Origin: Laetmonice hystrix
Lineage: Eukaryota
Reading direction: 5' to 3'
NCBI GenBank assembly: GCA_965235115.1
Contig: OZ249445.1
Coordinates: 17,298,001-17,362,000, forward strand
Length of the DNA: 64,000 bases
The notes below the pieces were generated by a model that made no database searches, was not told where the DNA came from, and saw nothing but the letters and a program-made list of their open reading frames with translations. The position numbers and the translations under genes are program-made. Positions 1-10,760 of this stretch are shown here, piece by piece (the stretch's first letter is position 1; each line of letters begins with the position of its first letter).

Positions 1-2
1 AC

Positions 3-3000
3 CTTGAGAAATATTTTCTGCCAGGTGACGGTAGTGCCGGGAAAGACCTGGTAGAGGAATGTACTGCCAGCCTTCAGCTGCTTGTTTCTGGTCAACGATT
101 CCAGGAAAATCTGGTATAAAAAATATCAATCATTCACAAAACACATGGACTTACTTTATCACAAACTGGTATAAAAAATATCAATCATTCACAAAACACA
201 TGGGCTTTCTTTATCACAAACATCTAGGAATAGAGATTTCTGCATCCCGCCGAGTGGTAATTGGAGTTATTCCCACATGAATACGTAAGATGTTCTGTGT
301 ATACTTCAGTCAGTCACACATACCTGATATTTGGGGTAGTTCTTGGTGATTATGTTCTGTGTATACTTCAGTCAGTCACACATACCTGATATTTGGGGTA
401 GTTCTTGGTGATTATGTTCTGTGTATACTTCAGTCAGTCACACATACCTGATATTTGGGGTAGTTCTTCGTGATTATGTTCTGTGTATACTTCAGTCAGT
501 CACACATACCTGATATTTGGGGTAGTTCTTCGTGATCATGTTCTGTGTATCCTTCAGTCAGTCACACATACCTGATATTTGGGGTAGTTCTTCGTGATTA
601 TGTTCTGTGTATCCTTCAGTCAGTCACACATACCTGATATTTGGAGTAGTTCTTCGTGATCATGTTCTGTGTATCCTTCAGTCAGTCACACATACCTGAT
701 ATTTGGGGTAGTTCTTCGTGATTATGTTCTGTGTATCCTTCAGTCAGTCACACATACCTGATATTTGGGGTAGTTCTTCGTGATCATGTTCTGTGTATCC
801 TTCAGTCAGTCACACATATCTGATATTTGGGGTAGTTCTTCGTGATTATGTTCTGTGTATACTTCAGTCAGTCACACATACCTGATATTTGGGGTAGTTC
901 TTCGTTATCATGTTCTGTGTATCCTTCAGTCAGTCACACATACCTGATATTTGGGGTAGTTCTTCGTGATTATGTTGACTGAAACCTTCGGAGGCAAACG
1001 CAGCATCTTTCGGCAGATATCTTGAAAACGATTAAGAAAGATTTCAGGATTTTTTCTATCAGAACTTAATATGCCTACCTAATCCAACTAAACATATATA
1101 AAATGTAAACTAACTTTTCGCAATTATTGACCCTGCGGGCATGAGTAGTTTGTCTCAAGGTTATATTATAACGTGACGGTCACCTTTATCCTTGCTGGTG
1201 AAGTCATCCGTGAACTGCCCCGACTTCTTGTCCTTAAGAATCAGCCTGCGTCCCTCTCCCAGAGTCTCCTTGCCCTCGGCCAAGTAAAACCCACTCCCAT
1301 TGGTCAAACTCTGTCACGTGGGATAAAATAACAGCCATTTTAACGTAGGCTAGGCCTAAGTCAGGTTATTCAGCATTAACAGGCCTAATATGTTCCTTCG
1401 GGAATATATCTAAATGTGAGAAACTTGAGGTGACGAGATGAGTTTATTACGTTTAGACTATGCCCCTATGTCCTTGTATCAACAAAGTGTGTTGAGGCCT
1501 AATGTTTGTTTCTCAATTCATATAGAAGTCTAGACTCACGAGATTAATGACGCTAGCCAGACATAAATCGTTGATGGTGATGTTTCGTGGCACAGTCAGC
1601 GTGTCGAACCGATCCTTCATCTTCCTGTGTATTTTCCCATGGGCCTGTTTACGTCACAAAACACAACAACTATGCAATTCCTTTTACCACAAACGAGTGA
1701 TGGGCTAGAGAAACCTTAGTATTAGATCTTTTAAGGTGATTTAGTTATGTATTACTAACTAAATACATATTATGACATCCACCTTGACCTAACTACCACT
1801 GACCTCCTTTTGACAGGCCCCTACGTGATCCATCCACTTGTAACAGAACTCCAGGTCGTAGGCCCTTTCTAGGCACTCCAGGGCTGTGGGACAGGATCAA
1901 CAGTCTAGGGTCACTGGGTTGGGAATCCCAATCCAAGAAAACATTCCAACAATAGGATTACTGGGTACCTCAGAAATTATACTGCTATGTCTCGATAATC
2001 TGGCCCACTGGAGACTGAGTGATCTGTGCACACGTAGGGCTAGACCTACTGGAAACCATGAGGTAGACTTACCAGCAATGAGGTCGTCAATGCGGGCCTT
2101 GAGCTCATTTCGCCGCTGATGGCTGGAGCTGACGGTTGGGACGAGGTCTAACTCATGCTGCACCTCGCTCACCTTCCGCTCTAGAAACTCCTACAAGTTA
2201 CCAAAATTATATTATGTCTCTTTCTTTAAATTTTATGTATAATGATAAACATGGTTTATATTCTCAAAAATATGTTTACCCTTCTTCTAATGGCAGCACA
2301 GGACTGGCGGTACTTGAAGCCAACCATGAAGAAGACGGAGAAATACGAGCACACCGTCATCGGGTCCGCCTCCAAAAATGAAACAGGCAAAGGTAAATGA
2401 TTCAGTTGTAACACAACTTACTGGTACATCCTCCCACCAAATATGTTACAGACCGACAGGTGACATTCGTCTTAAAGAGTGTCCAACTAGTCTCAATGTG
2501 AACACCCATACCTATGTCATGTACTCTGATGTAAAACCCATCGTGGATATAGATATAAGGAATGGTTACATAATTAAAGGGAGTCGTAAAATTCATTTTT
2601 TTCGATTTATGGCAGTCTTAGAAACATATGATTCGCATACCTTGGACTCCCAGTAACATCATGTGAGACTGTTATGGCCCAGCGACCAGTATTTAGTAAG
2701 GAAAATATGCCAAATCTCTCGCAAATACGTAGCTCAGAATTAGCGAGTGGCCCACAGGATATTTGAGTTGGCCGCGGTCGGGCGATGATGACGCGTGATC
2801 ACGTGACTTCCGGGTGTGGAAGGGAATCTCCCTCTAGTCTAATGTTGACCTAAATACCGCATGTACACCCGGAAGTCACGTGATCACGCGTCATCATCGC
2901 CCGACCGCGGCCAACTCAAATATCCTGTGGGCCACTCGCTAATTCTGAGCTACGTATTTGCGAGAGATTTGGCATATTTTTCTTACTAAATACTGGTCGC

Positions 3001-5393
3001 TGGGCCATAACAGTCTCACATGATGTTACTGGGAGTCCAAGGTATGCGAATCATATGTTTCTAAGACTGCCATAAATCGAAAAAAATGAATTTTACGACT
3101 CCCTTTAAATAGTGCATCTTACCTCCACCAGGTCTTCCGAGTCAAATGGACTCTCCAGGTAGAACATCTTCTCCGTGGTCCGTAATACAAGGTTTACCGT
3201 CCACCTTACCATTCAGGTACATTGTCAAATACATACTTCATTATTACTGATGTCATTAGTGTACTCAAGTATTCTCATGCTTACTATATGACATTCATCA
3301 AATTAACTAAACCAGCCTTAGCAATACAAGGACGAGGAAAGGGGAGGGGGTTCCTAGGGAATACCTGTCGTTGAGCAGGACCTCCGTGGTGAACGTGTTG
3401 GAAACAAAGGAGTTGGCGAGGGCACAGAGTACACGACTGTCTACCAGGTCGTCAAGGTTCTGTAACAAAATCACAACCACCTGATCACTGATCAAAACTT
3501 TACCTTGAAACACAAGGGCCTGAAACCTGACACGGCCAGGCAATCGGGAGATGTTGTATCAGATCATTAGAATGAAATGTACTCACAGCACAATGCAGTT
3601 TCTTGCCTTCATGTACCGTCTGTCAACAAAGAGGTCAAACAAGTGAGGCTGCATGAACATATTTTATATTTAATGTATGATAACTTTGATTAGTTAGACA
3701 TCGTTGGTGTTTTCTAACAGAGACCTATCTCATATAGAAAAATAGGTCTAGAGTATGTATGAATTTAGAGATAGCCATGTTACATTATACTGAGATGGGG
3801 GTACCTTCATTTGAGAGTTGACCATCTCCAGAATGCAGGCGGCACTGCTCGGGTAGTTGGCTCTATCACGTTGGTGCTGCTTGAATTTGAGCATGAAGTC
3901 GTTATTTGGGAACGGCTCGTAGTTGGCTGGCAGGCTGCGAGAGGCATCCTCTGACTGGAAATGTGAACATTAAAAAGGTTTCAGCAACTTCAATGGTAGG
4001 CCTACCTCATGCAGGTTTCTATATTTATTTTCAGCTAGTCTGAATGAACTCCCAGACTGAGGTTCACGGACTCACGTTTTCCTCGATTTTCTCCGTGATA
4101 AGTGAGGAAGCCCCGAACCCTGACAGCAGAGATGGTTTCTTCTTACTGCGAACCTTCCGTTTCTGAGGTGGGGCTTCAGGAATCCACTGTAAGGTAATGA
4201 GAATGAGGATTGAGGTAAAGCTACTGTGGCCCAAAACTACAACAGCTTCTTCGGTAGCATTTCTCTTCCAGCATGGTTTTATAACTGTGCCGGCTCATTT
4301 AGCCTATTGCTCTCCCATGATCCTTAAAATACAGAACTAGCCACCGGCTAGTTATGTTCAACAGGCAACAAGGACAAAAAAGGGCTGGCTAAAAGGGGGT
4401 CCAACATGATATCATTATATTGAAAATTTTGCTACTGCATGTGTGTATACTGATTCAGTTCTTGTAAATAGGTCAGAGTGACCTAGTTATTTCTGACCTT
4501 GAAGGGGACCTCTGTGAGGATTTCGTCCTCGTCATGCTGGAGGTACTCTAGACGTTCCCACACAAACCAAATGTCATGTGTCACCAGCCGCCACAGCAGG
4601 TCGAAGATCTGATATAACATTCAAAACACACTGTAAATTTGATTTTTTTTCCTGTCTTATCTTTATCTAGGGTCATTGATCAATGCTCTAACAATAATAA
4701 GATATCTTACTTGTAATCTGTAAATATTAAAACCAGATATGATCAGTGCTTGGATAAAGTGACTTATTCGTCCCGCCAGGTTTTCACCAGAACTTACGTG
4801 GTCAGCACTTCTCATGGCAAACAGTCGGGTGTCCACAAACACATCGTCTGGGATCACCTTACTGGAAGAGATCAGAGCGGGATAAAATGGCATCATCATT
4901 GTAGTCATCCTTTCTGTCATCATCACTTCTGTCATCAGTTCACTTTTAATATCTATGATTTAGTTTGGGGCTATTCTAGAGAAAACGTTCTCTGTGGAAA
5001 GCTCACCTTTTTTTCAGTTCATCTAGAACCCACTCGACACGAGTGATTTTCTGTTGTTGTGTCAAACTGGAAACAAAAAGTAAAATTATGCACTAATTAA
5101 AACTGATTTTTTCGTTTATTATTCATATTTTTTAGGGGATAGCTCGTCATGAAAAGTGCAAAGGATAAACTTTGCCTGGGTGGATCTGGGGGAGGAGGGT
5201 TCTACAACTACGGTACTGACCCGTCGAGACTGTGGAGCTTCTTGACGTCCCGACCGGTCAGACTAAGGACCAACATTTTCATGTTGGTACCAGTCAACAG
5301 GTCCATGAGCACATTGTTCATGAGGTGGTCGTAGGGCCTCAGGCGAAGGTTCACCCACGCTGTCAGACCGTTGATCCGAGTCAGCAAAGACAT
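3..5393 (-). CDS. Multi-exon gene for an uncharacterised protein with two calponin-homology (CH)-like domains; 3' end runs off the window
   Basis: Hand-built exons, all GT-AG and phase-consistent: 5221-5393, 5007-5066, 4798-4861, 4498-4608, 4076-4186, 3805-3954, 3587-3619, 3365-3459, 3123-3204, 2280-2369, 2073-2190, 1804-1883, 1540-1644, 1184-1310, 944-1074, 3-110 (1638 nt, 546 aa, no stops). CH-like segments: MSLLTRINGLTAWVNLRL..DLLTGTNMKMLVLSLTG..IFDLLWRLVTHDIW and NLDDLVDSRVLCALANSF..WTVNLVLRTTEKMF..FDSEDLVEADPMTVCSYFSVF. The domain call is by motif recognition only. Confidence 0.85.
111..225. repeat. Two-copy direct duplication (~57 bp) that includes the minus-strand splice acceptor of exon 3-110
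   Basis: ctggtataaaaaatatcaatcattcacaaaacacatgg..ttatcacaaa occurs at 111 and again at about 167. Confidence 0.8.
291..977. repeat. 62-bp minisatellite, ~11 copies
   Basis: Unit tgttctgtgtatacttcagtcagtcacacatacctgatatttggggtagttcttcgtgatta; on the minus strand it contains the exon end plus donor CAG|GTATGT. Confidence 0.97.
2574..3108. mobile_element. Palindromic MITE, TTAA target duplication, AGG...CCT ends (Kolobok/T2-like), intronic
   Basis: TTAA at 2574-2577 and 3105-3108; arms 2578-2817 and 2865-3104 are near-perfect reverse complements around a 47-bp spacer; no ORF. Confidence 0.9.
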
Positions 5394-6956
5394 CCTTGTG
5401 TTCAATCCGTCACCCACCCAGCAATCAGGGTCTCAAAACGACTCCTTTAAATAATTGTTTCTTTGGCGAAACAAAGTCAGTGCCGAAGCTTGTGGTCAGT
5501 TCAGACGGTGTCGTGGTGTAATGTAACATTATCTCCGGACTTTACGAGCGGGCCTCTGAAAGCTTTACTGATGATCTGAAAGAAATTTATACCCGATTTA
5601 TTAGGCTTCATCACTTACTAATGGAAGTCTTTTATCATCAACATTTACGAAATTTCATATCTTTGCTCCCTTGTTAAATTTGAAACTGATATTGAGTCCC
5701 AGTACTGGCAGCAGCTTAGGCCTTACTACTAGTACTAGACTAAGAGTCTAGTACTAGTTTTAGTACTAGCACAAATGTAGTACTTGGACTAGTACTGTAG
5801 TAGGAGGCCTCTTCAGCCTCTGAGTAGGCAATTAAGCTCCAATATTAGATAGCACAGTACAGATGCATAGATTTGATTTCAGTTTTTCATTTGATTTGGA
5901 CAATGTTATTGTGTGGGCCACAGGAACATGCCGCAACCTGGAGATTACACTTTTTGTGTCAAGGTGCCCGAACCCGAACCTCATCGAAAATGCCACGGAA
6001 GACACCAACGGTCCAGACCACAGACTAGTCTGGGCCAATCCACCAGCAGACGGCACGGTCGAATTTCGGCAGCGCCTGCTGGCGGGAATTTGAGGAAACT
6101 TTAAGAGAACACGTCAACCTCCCGTTTTGGTCGAGGCCTAAATCTACGTACATGATACACGTCGAGCGACGAACTTTTGGACATCCAATTACAATCTGTG
6201 ACGTTAATTTAATGATTATTTTAGCATATACAACCATCGTTATGGATTACCTGAAGCGTTGAAGCTGAGCTCATGGCGTACACAGCCGACAGCAGCGCCT
6301 CTGGTGATTAGTTCCATACAAACCGCTAGATGGCAGTCATCAGTTTTAGTTTATAGTTAAATCGTCAGATGGCAGCAAAGAAGCGCCCTGTTGGGCACAA
6401 GGTTATCCAAATTAATCAGGCAGGCCAAAAGAGGTTACAGCATAACTGAGACCTAAAAGTCAGTTTAATAAATTTAGTAATATCATCATCAGTAGTTAAT
6501 CACAATATCGTTGGACATAGGCCATTCTTTTCAAAATAATCCTGAGGTTGCCAATTGGGTGACCCAAGAAACACCATCATTTTAAACATTTGAAAATGTC
6601 ACGCGACCATTAAATATTGGAAAATGACTGTTCAGTCAGTGGCCACATTTTATTCCTTGGAGGCCTATTCCAACATCTGAAGGTGATTTGATGATCAATT
6701 CAGCCTCTGATCCGCTGTTCCTTCCATATGCAATCAATCATTGATCTCACTATTGCTACTTTCAATCACTTCATATCGGCCTAGGCCTATAGATCTATTT
6801 AGAGAGAAGGGAGAGCGACGTATTGACTTTTTTTCAATTGGACATAATCAACTGGATATGGCTGAAATCTGAAAATTCATCATTGTATCTAGGCCTATAT
6901 CACCAAGTTCCGATGCCTTGGCTTGGAGACCAAACCACCCTTGGCCGGGCAGCTTG

Positions 6957-7170
6957 CAGTGGCGGAACCAGGATTTTATTTTAGTACTTTGGGGGGGATA
7001 ACCATTGGACAAAAACATATTATTAGGCCAAGGCTCACAATATATATGACAACTGTGATCATAATTGGATGATAAAAATAACATTTTCCAGAACTTAGGG
7101 GGGGTGGAGCCCCCTGAGCCCCCCCCCCCACCCCCCCCACCCCCACCCCCGGCCCCCCGATCCGCCAATG
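6957..7170. mobile_element. Short non-autonomous element with imperfect CAGTGGCGGA...TCCGCCAATG ends
   Basis: Terminal inverted motif plus a C-run interior; similar to 10089-10335; no matching TSD found. Confidence 0.5.
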
Positions 7171-7359
7171 CTAGTGCCCCGGCCCGATACAAAAACAATG
7201 ACGTGGGGGGAGAGCGAAGAAGATGAGGCATCTGATGCATTTCTTAGGCCTAACTTAGACCTATTCCGAGTAAGAATTGACTAATCTTTAGGCCAAGGCT
7301 ATAATAGGCCTAGGCCTACCCGGTGCCCCCACCCCCCAGCCCTCCCCCACATAGGCTAA

Positions 7360-7520
7360 GGCCGACCGACCTCCACCTGCCTCAGCCGGCCGGCCGGGCC
7401 CACTGACTGACCACCACCGGGCTCACTGCTCGCCCCGCCCGGTTGACACGGTGCCAAGCATCAGGCTCGGTCCCTCACAATGTCCACCGAGCACTCCGAC
7501 TCTTGTTGCTATGGTTAACC
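7360..7520 (-). promoter_or_regulatory. GC-rich candidate promoter/non-coding first exon of the CH-domain gene, with an RFX X-box-like motif
   Basis: GC-rich patch; GTTGCTATGGTTAAC at 7505-7519; minus-strand donor-like GAG|GTCGGT near 7370. Function is inferred. Confidence 0.35.
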
Positions 7521-8134
7521 AGAGCCCGTCTCTCTGAAGACCTAGGCCTACTGCCCTAGCAATACTAGTAAAATATGATAGGCCTACATAACATCACAGG
7601 AACACACTACTGTGTCTTTAGGTATGCAATGTTCGGATCAATGGGGGAAAACGTCTCACCTGTGAGTCCATACAGGACCGAGTCCTTCGTGTGACGGCCA
7701 TCTATAAACAAACCGTACACACATGCGTGAGTCCCTGGTGGGACTTGTCCGAACAGACGCCAGGTGACGTCATAGACACGTGAATATGTGTACATGTACA
7801 TTGCAGAGTGTCCCACCTGTGGAACTTTTGAAATCGAGATTTAAATTATAGGAAATTTCAAACAAAATCGGGATAGATCTAATCCCGACGAAATCGGGAT
7901 GGTTGGTCACTCTTGAGTAGGCCTAATTCTGTGTATATCGACATGGTATACTGCGTTTGAAATACATGTAGGCCTAGATCTATGTCCTATAATAATGAGT
8001 TCACACGAAAGACTGAGGAGATAGAATTACGCGAGAAGAGAGATCATCCTCTCTCTCCATATAATCCTAGAATGATAATGAATGTTGATGTTAATTTGAT
8101 CAACCGATAATATTATACGTCATGTCATCACCTA

Positions 8135-8232
8135 ACACGGGCCGAGCGGAGAAAACTAACCTGTATAGACTACCTAACACGGGCCGAGCGGAGAAAAATT
8201 AACCTGCATAACACGGGCCGAGTGGAGAAAAA
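8135..8232. repeat. Three degenerate copies of taacacgggccgagcggagaaaa
   Basis: Direct inspection. Confidence 0.75.
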
Positions 8233-8799
8233 TGAAGGGTTGAGTCTGGATTCTATTTTAACCTGCATTTTTGTAACCCTCTTTCTTTCTGACGCGCAGT
8301 TTCCTAACATGCATTGCACACCTCTAAGCTATGCTATTCATGTCGCCCCCGCCCCTCCTTTTTTCCAAATCGTCCATCATGTAGCCATACATTATTCCAG
8401 ATTTGGACCATTTCGCGATATTTACATATTATCACAACAGCAGCATTCAACACTATTTATTATGATGTGAATGTAGTTGCATAGACAGAATCTATACACC
8501 TATAGGATATAGGTATATCAATGAAAGGGAAAGTTAGGCCTACTATTGAACAAATTCAGGGGGCGGTCTAGGAAGGACTGCATATGGAACGCAATTGATG
8601 ATATCAGCTTGAAATTTCAACATCAATCATAACCTGTCAATATTATACAATAAGACGTCGACGGTAGGCTGCAATAAGCGCTGCATATGGTCCTCACCTG
8701 TTGAGATAAGAACCACTTCTTATTATAGAGATAGGCCCGTGGGCTGTTGTTTCTAGTGCTAGTTTAAACCTGACCTGGATGTCGGGTTAAGGTCCGTTC

Positions 8800-8979
8800 T
8801 GATGGTAGTGTCGAGATACGTACAGTAAAGATCTCTTTTATTGGCCTTCTTCACGCCATGTTAATCAGATCCCGTGAACAGGACAGTGACGTGAACGAAT
8901 AAACACCTGTAAATGACCGTGAGAACCCGCATGTTAAACTGGCTACCTTCTGCAACGTTGCTATAAGAAACTTGTACAG
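8800..8979 (+). other. Candidate 5' non-coding exon of membrane-protein gene A
   Basis: Strong donor CAG|GTAAGT at 8979/8980 upstream of the signal-peptide exon; the start position is approximate. Confidence 0.35.
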
Positions 8980-10088
8980 GTAAGTCGGACATTTGTTTTT
9001 TGAATACCAGTGCCTCATTCACATTTTCCTAAGGCGCGGACATTATACTATAGTATGTATTATATAGGTCTATACCCTACAGGGTATAGGAAGTGTCGTG
9101 GTTAGCACAGGTAGGTTATCGTTCGGTGAGTGCGACCAGTCGTTCCTTACATACACTGTATATTATGTACATAAGTAGGTAACATATAAGTAGGTAAAGC
9201 CGGGGTGGCTGCATGTGTTATGTTTGGGCCGTTACTGTGGATCTGGGCTCGGAGGTCTGGCAATCCGGGTCATGAGTTCGTATGATATGACTGTTAGTGC
9301 CTTTCTCTCTACATAATATATGCCCCCAGTGGCCATACATACAAGAAAGAGATTTTTTTTAACAAATAAATAAATGTATAAACTACAAAGTGTGTGCATG
9401 CATACAATTATGTACTGAAGACCTGTCTGTGTATATATGATATGAAGGAAATTATATGATGTCATGAATATTTTAGAATCATGCACAGTAACCCTCTTTC
9501 TTTTATTTTTAGCTTTAGTAAAGCCACAATTCGGTTTTCCCTGGAGTTACAAAGTGAGGCATGAAACTTAAGAGACTGTTTACTTCAATCTAACACACCG
9601 ATTGATCAGACAATAATTGACTCCCCCTTCTAACGACCTTTATCATCCTGTAAATCTATATCTCACGCCCAGGCTCTCACCTATAACTTTGCCACTGTTC
9701 AATAGATTAATTCTATTGTGGTGTAAGTCTTCTACATAAATGTGCAGTGATCTCTCACCATCAACATACTTTTCACACCAACTAAATGGCTGTTCGTTTT
9801 TTAGACTGTGACCTGATGAAGATGATAAAGGGCCGATATAGTCATGAGTTATCTTGTCTATCATGTACTCAGCCATTATAATACCTTACACATCGCTTAG
9901 TCCTATATAATATGTAAAGTATATGGGATGGTCACTAAGTCAATAATGATTATAAGGCAGCGGTAGACCCAGGATTATGTTAGTGGGTAGGTGAACTAAG
10001 CTAGAGGGGGCTCATCATCGCACAGCTCCTATTTCTTTTCATGCTGTTTATAACAGCATCCGGATTTTAAAGGGGGGCTGTACTTGAG

Positions 10089-10335
10089 CATAGGCGGATC
10101 CAGGGGGCACGGGGGCACGTGCCCCCTTTAGCTTCCATACCTCCTATTTATACATTGTACTTATATTTAGATTGGACACTTCACATCATGAGTGGACATG
10201 ATGAAGCAAATGGTTGTAACTTATTACACAGAAGTCCTACATACAACAAAAGAGCTTTAGTAATGCAAACACTCATGAATTGTTTTCCTGCCCCCCTCCC
10301 ATTCAGCCCTTTGTGAAATCCTGGATCCGCCAGTG
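10089..10335. mobile_element. Short element with CATAGGCGGATCCAG...CTGGATCCGCCAGTG inverted ends
   Basis: 15-bp imperfect terminal inverted repeat; no clear TSD. Confidence 0.55.
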
Positions 10336-10760
10336 CCTCATGCCCCCCCCCCACACACACACACACACACTTTAAGGTCATTGTTTATTCACGACGTAAA
10401 CCACTTCCTCAGACGGATCATGGTCACTGGTCAAATTTAAGTGAATTGCTCAACAAGGGGGAAAGTTATACATTTGGTTAGATCCTAGAGAGAAAGACTA
10501 TGTCAAACAGTTTTTTTTAAACTTGAGAACTTTGCCTAAGATTAAGCCTAACGCCTGATCGGCTGGTCTGCTAGACCCCAGCCAATGAGAGGCGTTAGGC
10601 TTAAGCAAGATATTAAGTTTTTTTATGACCTGGGCCCTGAACATGATGTCTATCTTTGGTTGAACAGAACGTTTTCTAATGGTGTCTACTAAATGTGTTT
10701 TATTCTCAGCTTGACCACCGAGCATAAGGACTTCACTCTACCTGAACACACATACCAAAC

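Noticed and set aside
5715-5812. Cluster of AGTACT/ACTAGT palindromes with a short hairpin
   Set aside because: Low-complexity TAG/TAC-derived sequence; no terminal repeats or functional context.
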